Below are positions 15,401 through 28,200 of a stretch of DNA of 64,000 nucleotides, piece after piece (positions within the stretch are counted from its first letter, which is position 1; each line of letters opens with the position of its first letter). Made by a program: the position numbers and the translations under genes. The stretch lies in the NCBI GenBank assembly GCA_012295275.1, contig CM022671.1, positions 496,001 to 560,000 on the forward strand, read 5' to 3'. Below the pieces are notes generated by a model, which ran no database searches, was not told the DNA's origin, and saw only the letters and a program-made list of their open reading frames with translations. This DNA is from Chrysomallon squamiferum. Lineage: Eukaryota; Animalia; Mollusca.

Positions 15401-18400
15401 TGAGCATTTCTATTAGTACTCATAGGTAAACCAGCAGACAATATAATCTTTTTATATAAAACAGTTTATAGCTTTGTATTTAAGTGCTGACCTGAGATGT
15501 ATTGGATTACAGGATCAGTCCTCAGATCATTCTGTCTTGTGACTGCTACATTTCAGACTTTGATATACTATAAAAAGATGTTACTATTAGTAACTAACCC
15601 AGCAGATTGTGTTGTTTTGTTGTTGTTTTTTAATAAAATGTTGGACACTAATGACTATTAACACAAAAATGTGTTGTCTAGCTGGTAATTAGTTAACATA
15701 ATGTATCTAAATAAAATGTTAAAAAAAAAAACATGTATGTATATTTGTGCATGAGGGCATTGTCTGCTTATATGTAAAATCAATTTCTTTATTAGAAAGC
15801 ATCTGAAGGATATTATACAACAACATTCAGATTACATAACAAAAACATTTCCAGCATAATAAAGAAAAAAAATCAAAAGCATTACTTAAACCCATAATAT
15901 ATTCACAAGTGTTACCAGTTTTAATTAACTATATATATAATAATGCATCATTTCAATTTTCCTTTCTGTTGTTAGTAAATACTGCTGTATGTAATTATGC
16001 TGACAACACTTCACTGATCAATCAGTAGCTAATTAAAAGGAGCTGTAATTAAAATGATATAGTTTAATTAAAACCTCTAGTGAGAGTTAATAATTTGCAG
16101 TTGTTTTTATACCTGCAGCTACATCCTGATTCAGTGCAAGAACTACTTTGTGCTGTTTCATTACAACAAGCAGATGCTAATTACACTCTGCAAACACAGT
16201 GTGTTGAGAGTAAGTACCAGCCTCACGTTAAGATGCTGTCTCATAACTGGTACATGGCAAAATCACATTCAACTAGACTGCTAATTAACTATAAGATACA
16301 GTACATTCTGGCTTGTTTTGTGTTTTATTTTATTTTAAAATACAAAAACAAAGGCCTTAAAACACTGTCATTCCTCAGAACAAACATGACTCTTCAGTAT
16401 AAGCAAGCACACTTCAGAAGATTAAATGATTTTCTGTTTGGGTTGTTCATATTATCAAAGTGAGTAGACACTGGAATCATTATCCTGAGCACACTATGGA
16501 AATAAAACCTCGTCTGATTTTCTAACACAATAACACTAATAGTGTAGGCAACCCAGGCTTCAAAATTACAAGTCCAAGACTGAAATATTTGCATATTTTG
16601 TTTATTTAAAATGCCAGATTAATCATTTAGCTTCAACGTGAGCTTTTAACATACACACACACAAGAAGCTTTAACCTAGAACAAATTGGGGAAGTGTAAC
16701 ACTATTACATGGCCATGTTCTGTGATAGTCTTACATGTTACCACCTAGCTTCTAGATTGTCTCAACAACAGAAACACTTTTCAGATGATTGAACATCTTG
16801 AAGGTCAACAGCAGAAGGTTGTCTTATATACAATAGCTGGACAATCACTTTTTTTAGTATGCCAGTTGGCTTATATCCTGTTCCTGATTGACAGCTCCAC
16901 ACTGATATAGTAAAGTACTTTTAAAAAATTACCTGCAGCTTAACATTAAGAATAGGTCGCTGGATGGGTGCACTGATCTTCCTGCACTTAATAACTATCA
17001 ACATAAAAAGTGTTATTTAAAAAAAAACATTATACATCTGCATGAAAACTTTATATATTTCTTGATATTTGTTTACTTATTTGCCTCAACAAGAAGGATG
17101 AAGGGGACAAACATTGTAAATTACCTGTCTTACCTCAACAGGTGTTGAAGAGTTAGTGAGAAAACCTACTGCTGTTAAAAACAGACTTGAAAAAGTCTCT
17201 CATTTGATAGGTACTGATGCAGAGATAGTACCTCAACATTCACTAGTCTAGGTTGAGATTTTCTACATACTAGCCACTTGCCACAACACTAACTGGGTAC
17301 ACCACAGTGACATTCCAATTGTTTTTCTTTCATTTTTTTTCTTATTATTATTTTTATTCTAAAATCGGTTTTAGAGCACAAAACACTTAATGTTAATCAA
17401 TGATAAAACTGTATCATAATTCTGATACAGAAATATAAGCTTATCATATATAATTACATCTAAGTATATCATTACAAAGCTAGAATTGGTTTAACTTGGT
17501 AGTAGTGTTTGTCATTACAGGTAAAATATTCAAAGTTCCTATATTTTTACTTTTTATTTCAGTCAGAGCCCAAGGAGAATAAATCAAAATAATGTATGTG
17601 TTTACTTTTCTAAAAAGGTGCACAAAAAATATTTAAAAAATATAAAAAATATAAAAATAAATAAATAAACCCACAGAATCTACATAATAACCATAATTCT
17701 TTATGGAGCTGTCATTAAACAAAATGTATGCATCCTCTGTTCACAGATGTTACTAAATTAGCATACAGAAATATGTCAGTTTACTTTATAAAAACAAAAC
17801 AATTGTTGTAAGCAGTTTAATTACACATTGCCTTGTACACATCTGGTAAATTAGTCCAAAGGTTGGATAAAGGGATTATTGGTTATTTTGTTGTATTTAT
17901 TTATTTAATTGTTTTTTTTTTCCTTTTTTTCCTGTTTTTTTTTAAGTATTATTGTTCATTCATTCGATCTTGTATTTTTTATTATTATTTTTTTTTTTCA
18001 ATTTCAATTAACATATTATAACAAATTTTGTTTATTAACTGCTTCTTGTTTCATCTGTTCGTACACTTGACAAAATGGAATACTTAAAAACAATCTCTCT
18101 TTATAAAAATAACAGCAACGTCATAACAAAACCACTTTCTGTCTGGATACAAGTGATCTACCACACAACAGAAATAACTTGCACAATACAAACAATCCAC
18201 TGTACATCATACATACGGATTTTCACTTATTACTTCCAGTGTATTTCACTTTTAAATATTATTTTCTGTTTATATTATACATTTCAAGATAGTTTCTGAA
18301 TTATTTCCTTCCTAAAACAGAATTGCTTTTGTCCATAACAAGATTACACTGAATTACGTGTACCAACAAGTCTTTAAAATGGAGGCAAAAGTTGATCAAG

Positions 18401-21400
18401 GTAAAAGTCTATCAAGGTAAAAGTCTACTGTATGTAAAGATGACTGATGAAGATATATTCATTTTCATTCTGTGAACTAACATGTCAATATGAACATGTC
18501 TAACACTAAGCAATAAATAAATAAATAAATAAAAAATATAGAAAGAAAACAAAGAAAGTACTATCCCACTAGATAAGTGACAATTAGCAAATATTTTCTG
18601 TACTGCCAAAGTCCTGCTGTCAAAGTTTATTGGTCAAGTTTTAACACATTCAGAACTCATTTCAGTCAAATGCACTACAATCACTTCTTTGAAAAGGTCA
18701 ACCACACAAGTAGTTATTGTTCTTGTTATAAACACTATTGTTTACAAATACATAGAGTTTTCTTGTCTTATTTCAATGTCATAAATTTTAATCAGCTCTT
18801 CAGAACATGACATAATTGTTGTCTTTCCCTTTAGAGACGTTCTGCTGTTGACAGTACACACACATTTCATGCACTGATTACAACCCATTGTGTTTCCACT
18901 CCTGCTTTAAAGTAAAGTTTCTAGCCTTGGATACTTGCATGTTCACATACAACAAACAATCAGTCTGAATAGGAAATATCATACAAGTATCTTTACTGTT
19001 AGAGAAACTCCTTAATATTTACAATATTCATGTTTTTCTAGTGTAGTTTTCATCCTGGTATTTACAGATACTCCACATATAACCACACACACATACATGA
19101 ATATGCTCAAACAGTTTAGTCTATACACACAACTACACAGCTCATATGAGAATGTACAGTTTAGTCTCTATTATTTCTCAACAGGAGTAATAGACTGGAA
19201 AATGTAAGGTGATGTTTTTTTTGCAATTGTATCTTTGTAATACAGAGAAGAGCTCCTAGCCATACTGGGGTCAAAAAAAAAGAAAAAAAAAGAAGGGTTT
19301 GTTTTACAATACATATACTTTATTAAGCATATCACACACACACACACACATTCACACAAATAATCAGTACATTTTATTCCACATTTTTATTAAACATGTG
19401 TCTGTAGCCCTCAGAACCTTTATGATGATGCTTTTTAATTTGTTGATCTTCAAGGAAAAAATCAATCTGTATTTGTTTAACATTTTTCTTATTGTTATTT
19501 TTGTTATTATTATTATTATTTTCTATCAGTGAAAGTGTTGTTACTGGGTCAGAACTAAACAAACACAAAGCAACTAGAGAATGTTGTTAGCTACAATTGA
19601 AAATTGAATGTTTATTTGACAACAGCATGCAGCTGATTAATTTGGTGATTTCAGTTTTCTGAGGACATGTGGTGTATTTTCCTAACCCCTGCAAAGCTTC
19701 TTTTATGACTGTGTAATTTTCCAAGACAGGATGACATACACCAAATCACCTCCACCACAGTGATATAATCAAATAAATAAATTAATAATATCAACAATTA
19801 CACAAAAAGCATGGCATGTTTATCTTCAGTTTTTTCTAAGTTTTTATTTACAGTTAACATAATTTAGTAATATATTAAAATAATCTTAAGTTAAAAAATA
19901 ATAATAATAATGATAATTAATCATTTTATCCATTATGCTTTTGGCCAGTATCCAAAGCACATAGTTCATTAAAAAACAAAATAAAAATAAAACAAAATAA
20001 AAAAATTATAAAATCAAGACAGCATTAAAATATCAAATTATTTTAATTTTAAAACTGGAAGATCAATGACATTTACTTTATTTTAAAGTAGGCTTACTGT
20101 AACCAAGTCATGATGTTGTAGAATTATCTAAAAAGGTAATTACGTCCTCAATGAATATTTCATATCTACTTTTAATGCTGTCTTTTATTCAGTCTTCTTG
20201 GCCTCTTGCAATGACCACCAATTTCATTACACATCAGCGTCAAAGTGATAACACTGAATCATTTCGGCAGGAAATTAATCTCTATCAAACATGCATTTAA
20301 GAAAAAGCCACAGTGGACAAAACAAATCAAAGGTGATTGCTATTTCCTCATTGCTGCAAACTTCCTATTCATTATGAGAAATGTTCTGAGGAAAACAATC
20401 AGACAGCCTGAGACAAACACTCACCAGTCTGGAGAGGCAGACGTTATGTATTCCTTCTGGGTTTTTCACTAAAATTTGGCTTGCTTCCATCTGAGAAATG
20501 ATGAAGCTTCACTATCTTGGACATGGCCACTGACCTGGCCAGATAACTTCAGTCTAAGACAGGTACTGCTTCTCATAATCTTTGGGATTATTTTAATTTG
20601 AGATTTAAACTCTTATTCCTAGTGCCAAACCGTTTTATATTCTTGTCTTCTGGATTTCTTGGTTTTCTGATTTCTGATATGCAATTCTATATATATATAT
20701 GTTTGTGTATGTATCACATAAAAAGAGAAAAAGAGAGAAGGAAATGTGTGTGTGTGTGTGTGTGAAAGAGAAACTGGAAAGACTGGGGGAGTCTGTAATA
20801 TCCATAAAACCTGGTCATCTGGTATCATTTCACTAATATTAAACACAGTTTTTGCATTAAATTTATTTTCTTCAAAATTCAAAAGATCATTATTTTAATT
20901 TCATTTTCACATTGCACTTCACAAGTATACACGAACACTCCTCAAGAATAATTAAATAATTTAAAACTTCTGCATAATTATGATAATGACTTATGATCAG
21001 GTATCTAGGCTGTAAAGTTCTGCAAAACCAGAATGTATCTTTCTGATGTCACTGCTGTTTAAAATTCTCTGCTTGCAGGTCAAAACAAACTTGTAGTGAA
21101 GTCGAAGAAGAATTTCAGAAGTAAACAGTGTTTCCTGCATGCATCATAATTAAACATTACAAATATTGAAAATACATACTTCATTATAACATGATAAAAC
21201 TATTTTCAATTATGTAAACAATTTTACTGATATTTCTTTGTTAACTGAACTTGGGAGAATCTAGGTAAAATATTACAACAAAAGGTGCTTAATTTGTACA
21301 AACAACAGAACCAGACATTACATCAGTACTGGAAACTAGCCATTACATAACTAAACTAAACCAGACATTACATCAGTACTGGAAACTAGCCATTACATAA

Positions 21401-24400
21401 TTAAACTAAACCAGACATTACATCAGTACTGGAAACTAGCCATTACATAACTAAACTAAACCAGACATTACATCAGTACTGGAAACTAGCCATTACATAA
21501 CTAAACTAAACCAGACATTACATCAGTACTGGAAACTAGCCATTACATAATTAAACTAAATCTGTCATTAAACCAGTGAACTAAACCAGGCATTACATCA
21601 GTACTGGAAACTAGCCATTACATAATTAAACTAAATCTGTCATTAAACCAGTGAACTAAACCAGGCATTACATCAGTACTGGAAACTAGCCATTACATAA
21701 TTAAACTAAATCTGTCATTAAACCAGTGAACTAAACCAGGCATTACCTTGGTAAACTAAACAGACATTACAATAGTAAACTAAACAGACATTACAGTAGT
21801 AAACTAAACCAGCCATTACATCAGAAAACTAAACCAGGCATTACATCGGTAAACTAAACAGACATTACAGTAGTAAACTAAACCAGGCATTACATCAGAA
21901 AACTAAACCAGACATTACATCAGTAAACTAAACAGACATTACAGTAGTAAACTAAACCAGCCATTACATCAGAAAACTAAACCAGACATTACATCAGTAA
22001 ACTAAACAGACATTACAGTAGTAAACTAAACCAGCCATTACATCAGAAAACTAAACAGACATTACATCGGTAAACTAAACAGACATTACAGTAGTAAACT
22101 AAACAGACATTACATCAGTACTGGAAACTAGCCATTACATAACTAAACTAAACCAGACATTACATCAGTACTGGAAACTAGCCATTACATAACTAAACTA
22201 AACCAGACATTACATCAGTACTGGAAACTAGCCATTACATAACTAAACTAAACCAGACATTACATCAGTACTGGAAACTAGCCATTACATAACTAAACTA
22301 AACCAGACATTACATCAGTACTGAAAACTAGCCATTACATAATTAAACTAAATATGTCATTAAACCAGTGAACTAAACCAGGCATTACATCAGTAAACTA
22401 AACAGACATTACAGTAGTAAACTAAACAGACATTACAGTAGTAAACTAAACCAGCCAGTATATCAGTAAACTAAACCAGGCATTACATCGGTAAACTAAA
22501 CAGACATTACAGTAGTAAACTAAACCAGCCAATACTTCATTAACCTAAACCAGCCTATATATCATTAAACTAAACAGACATTACAGTAGTAAACTAAACC
22601 AGCCAATACTTCATTAACCTAAAGCAGCCTATATATCAGTAAACTAAACCAGATATTACATCAGTAAACTAAACCAGACATTACATCAGTAAACTAAACC
22701 AGACATTACATCAGTGAACTAAACCAGCCAATACTTCATTAACCTAAACCAGATTATCAAACCAACATGTATATCAATGAATGGAACTAGCCTGTATCAT
22801 ATGTCACAAACTAAAACAACCACATATTAATACACTAAATCAGCCAGTATACTTAACCAACCTGAATGTCTGTGAATAAAACCAGCTTATAAGTTACAGA
22901 ACTAATAAGGCTGCTACTTGATATTAACAAACCTGTTACTAGTATACTAACAACCTAAACAAGCCTATTACTTACATACTAAACCAGCTAGTGAACTAAA
23001 CCAGATGGCACATTAAGGAACTAAACTGGCCTGTATATTAGTAAATTAAATTAGTCAGTAGATTAGAAAACTAATGTGAAATCTATTCACAGGTGGAAAT
23101 GTTTTGTCTGGGTATCAACATTCCATCACTGTGAATAATTTACACTAACATACAGCTAGCCAATTCTTCTATATCTTAATGTGTTTCTACATTTTTTAGG
23201 TTAATATTTTTGTCTTTATTATTATTATTATTATTCTAAATACACTTTTATATTTATTTATACTTTGCTAATGATAATAAATAGGATTTTTTTTTAAAAT
23301 AAATATTTAACTAAAATATCTAATACGTTTTTAATATATTGTTTCTATTATTAAAAATGAACTGCTTTGCCTTTTTTAAGAGTTCAAGGAAGGTGCAAGT
23401 ACTTGCTCAGAAATATATTTAATGACAATTATGTCTTGCAGAAGGAAAGAATCAAGTTAATGGATTTTTAATTTCATTTAAATAGTGAGTATGATTGTGG
23501 AGTTTTCCCCAACAAACCCTGTGATACTTACATATAATCAATTCATCAACATCAAGATTTCATAATTAAATACTCAATGGCAAAAACACAGGCTGAACTA
23601 TTTTTAAGTCATGAATTTAAATTTTCATACAAAATTAACATATAACCAACTATTAAATACATACAAATATATTCAAATAATACTGTAAGTCTTCTATGAC
23701 AAAATGCACCAGTATCTAATTTATGAGAAAACAATCCTTTACAGTATGCTGTTTATGAAATATTAGGACTTCATTATTATCCTAAAATTTATATCGGTCA
23801 AAGTTTAGTCAATCTGTGTTTCTGTTGTACAAAATTACAGTAGTTATTGCTCATGTATTATTACAGTTCAATTGATTTGTTCTATTTAAATGAAAATATC
23901 AGTTTGGAATCTATGCTGTTTCTCATGCAAACTGTCATCAAGCAAACCAATCAATCAGTGTATGCCAACATGTATCAGTTTAATCCCATCTTTTCATCAA
24001 TGCAATTGTACCTGCAAGAGGTACAAGCCTTTAGACTGTTCCAGTTTTGACAATTCAAAATGACTTGTTACAGAGCAGGAACCTGGGTTTTGACAGTTTT
24101 AGGTTTAATGTTTTAGAGAATTTACATGTGGCATAATGAGGTGTAATGGACTAACTACTCCCAAATTAAGGGAAGGAGCTAGTACTACAATGCAGCCATG
24201 ATTCCTGAAAAGACCAGTGTTTAATCTTGTTTAAATCTTGAATTCTTCATGTTGAAATGGGTCATTTGTGACATTATTTGAACAGAAAATTGTTCAAGTA
24301 TGCCTGTTGTGGGTACAGATGTAAATGATCTGGGTACTTACCCCTGTGCTGACTAGAGACAGCATTATTCTCTCGTTGAGTGCTAGGGTTTCTCCTCCTT

Positions 24401-25247
24401 TCATTTTTATTCTTTTCTTATCCAGGCATTTCATTGCATACCTTAAACATACACAAAATAAAAATATAACAACAACAACATCCAATAAACAAATAAATAA
24501 ATATTAAAAATAATAAAAAAAACAAAAAAACAAGAAAATTATTTTTATTACCAATACCATGATAATCTTCAATTAGAATTTTGCACGTAGACATACGAAT
24601 ACATATTTGTGTACATACACAAACACACACACATTAAGAATGAATAAAGGTTAAATATTGTATAAATTATTATAAAGTGTAAAACAGCACTTTACAGGCA
24701 TGTTTGAACATGTCCAGTCACTCACAATGCCCAAGTTCAATGCCCCATAATCATTTTCCCCAAAATTCTCTATCTGCCACTGATCTACGCAGTAGACTAT
24801 AGACCTTCGCTGCATAACAAGCAGAATAAGTCATTTTTCTCAAAACAAAGAAAATGGATTTATAGTGTTTTGGAACCAAACTCTTCAACGTATTTCTGTT
24901 ATATAGTCACAGAGCAAGACATAATTCCAATGAAAATATTGTTTCTATACAGAGAAAGTCATGACAGATACAGAAAATATTAGATTTCATTTAATTAAAT
25001 ACACATATTGTAATATACAGCATACTGAACTATCCAAAAATTTCTAATATGTCTGTCACCTTATTAACAGCTAACAGTATTTGTTGTTACAGTAGATTCA
25101 AAACAACTAAAATGATTTATCATGCATAAACAAAAAGGTCAATAAAATTTTGAAACTTTTCTCTTATTTCTACAAATATATCTCTGTTGATCCCTTTATT
25201 TTGCTTTTTATTACTTTTTATCCCCACTTTTTATTACTTTTCTGGGT

Positions 25248-25281
<34 letters not shown>

Positions 25282-28200
25282 TGCAGGATTCCATACTGAA
25301 CAGTTGTTTATCCAGTATGTTGTGACAGTTTATACATAATGATGTACTGATAATTTCGATAAACTGAAAACCAAAATGTTCTATGTATACAATATTACAA
25401 TAGTTATGTAATGATAAGAATTTTTTTGTAAACAGTACTGGTTTTTTATACATGCCTGTGTTCTGATAATTTAGATAACTTGAAAACTGAAGTGGGTGTA
25501 TATTATTGTGTAATTACATCATGTTTTACATCACATTTTATCATATTATGTCACTGAATTCATTGATTTTTGTCCCAAAATTATATTGCATTCTATCTGC
25601 AAATTACATGTACAGCTATGTACTTATCAAATATATTGACTATTTCATACATACTGAGGTATTGATAATCTACATAAATTGAAAACTGAAATGGGCTGTA
25701 TATTATTAGGTAAATTTGATCATGTTTTATAACACATTTTATTACATTATGTTATTGATTTCATTGATTTTTTTCTCCCAAAATCATATTACAGTCGATC
25801 AGAAAACTGTATGCAGTGCTATGTACTGTTATAAAGGCTGAATGTTCAGATGAACTCAGCAGAAACAGCTCAACTCAAATGAAATTCAGAACAGCTTTTG
25901 TGTAATATTCAAGTCAGAAGTCAACACTTCACAATTTTACATGCTAAATAATAATGGACAATACTTTCATGGAATATATTGTAATAAAATAATTTTTGTA
26001 AAATATTGAAAGTTATTTTTTAATTTTTATTATTTTTTAATTTTAATTTTATTTACTTTTTTTTATTCTGTTAATGAATAAAAAAGAAAAGAAAAACATA
26101 AACAGACTGACTGTTGTTTCATACTCACATTTTGCCTGTATCTGCTTTTCTACAACCATAAACTTCTCCAAAACCACCCCTGCCAATAATCCTATGTACA
26201 CTGAAGTCATTCATGGTTAACTACAATAAACAAAGTTTAAAACAACATATATAAAAATAATTAAATGAAAATGCAGTTTAAATTTAAATTTACTATTAAC
26301 TATATCATAGTAATAGTAATAAAAGTAGTAATGAACATCCTTCAACCAAAATGCATGGGACCAGAAATGTGTCAGATTTCCAAAAGATCAGATTTTGAAA
26401 TATAAGGAAATAGCCTAAAAATATAATCAAAATCTGAAAATATTGTTATTTCATTTATAGCTTGTACATGTATTTTATTAAATATTTGTATTTAATATTT
26501 ACTGAGTATCAAATATGCAGTAAATGATTTTTAACCAAAATATGTATTTTCATTATTCATTTCATCCAGTATAATTTTTCGTTAATGCTAGCACAACCAC
26601 TGTTTTTATAGTTTTGTGAATCACTGAAAATAATTTGTAAACATGCAGCAAAATGCTAAAATGGGAAAAACGCATAATGATAATGGTTGTCAGGAAATCA
26701 GTTTTCAGTAGCTAATGTATTTTAACCATATCAGTGAATAACATCTTTTTTTATTTTTTATTTTTTACAGCAACAGAGGTGATAAATGTAACAGGATATA
26801 AATAAATGAATACTTGCATTAATATTTAATTCTAAATTTTTCCACTGACAAAACCTTGTATATTTGTCCCTGAAAAGAAATGCAAATAAAATTAATATCA
26901 TGCTATCTTCACTTTTTACTTTTTTATACCAAATTTTAACTTTTTTTTCAATCAATATACACTTACAAAAATGCAGTGACAAAATTTTCTATTTTAAATA
27001 TCTAATTAAAACTGCATTTCGTTAGCATCTCAGAACACATTCTTACTATCAGCATGTACTCTCCTTTTTTAGTATTTGTTCTTGTGCATACATGCACACA
27101 CACATGCACACACACACAAAAGAAAGTGCATTAAGTTTAAGAAAATAAAGATGTGTTTAAAATTTAGCTGTAATTAAATTAGCTAGTGCACTTAATTTTA
27201 CTAAAATGAAGGAAGAACTAAAATAAAAGTGATTTGCCCATTTAGCACAACATAACTTCAGGAACTGTAGAAGTGTGTATTACTGATATGTACTGAATTA
27301 TGGCTGAAGTATGGCTCACGTATATTTGTAGACATGTTTAACTTTGAAGTTTTTAACTGTCATACAGTATGTCATTACTTCATGTTTGAAGTTTCAAGTA
27401 AAAGGTAAATTACTGAAATGGATACTGATCATACATTTCCTTCACTGGCATCAATCAGACAGTGCCTAATTAATTTCCTACATTTTCAAGTACAACAGAA
27501 TTTACTTTTCTTTTCTTTTTTTTTTTTCTTTCTTGGTTTGTGTTGTAATTTAAAAAATAAGAGATGGAAATTTACAAATAATTTCAGTAAACAAGCACTG
27601 TTTTCTACAAACTGTCGCACATTATTCCATTTTGAAATCTATCAGTGCTGATAATTCGAGACGATCGATTCACTGACATCAAGGAATAAAATTCCTTTCT
27701 AAGACAGCAAGGTGCTATGCAAGTTGAACAATGTTCACTGACTTATCTTTGTTTGATGGGTGAATACAGGACACTGCCTGCTGTTACTACAGTATATATA
27801 ATGTTTTCATTTCTGCTGTCGGGAAACCAACACTGGTGTATTGATTTACAATATTTCATTCTGTTGAGGAAATAAGAAAATTCAATATGTAATTGTCAAA
27901 TTGCACAGAATGTATTTGTCTGTCTGCTTCAAGTACGTCCTAATACACTTTGTAATGTTTTTTTTTTTACACAAGTGATAATAGGAAATGAAGGGTAACA
28001 ACCTACAGGGATGTTTCAGCAGCATCAATGAGCAATAAAGCTGATAATTGTAAAACATACTGGAATTCACTGCATGTTTCAGAATGCTGCTGCACATTGT
28101 AACAACATAAAACACACAGCTATAAAAGAGTAAAAGGTCACCTGCTTCAAGTTAATAATAAAAATTGGCAGAATGTCCTGTACTGCACTATGTTATTTTT

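Noticed and set aside
17121-17180. Micro-exon candidate in the 17-kb intron (cag cag tag acceptors, two donors)
   Set aside because: All acceptor/donor combinations give lengths of 32-47 nt that are not multiples of 3, with no GRK similarity
7040-24341. Duplicated or mutually exclusive copy of exon 10 in the large intron
   Set aside because: No second PFIVCM-like sequence was seen on the gene strand
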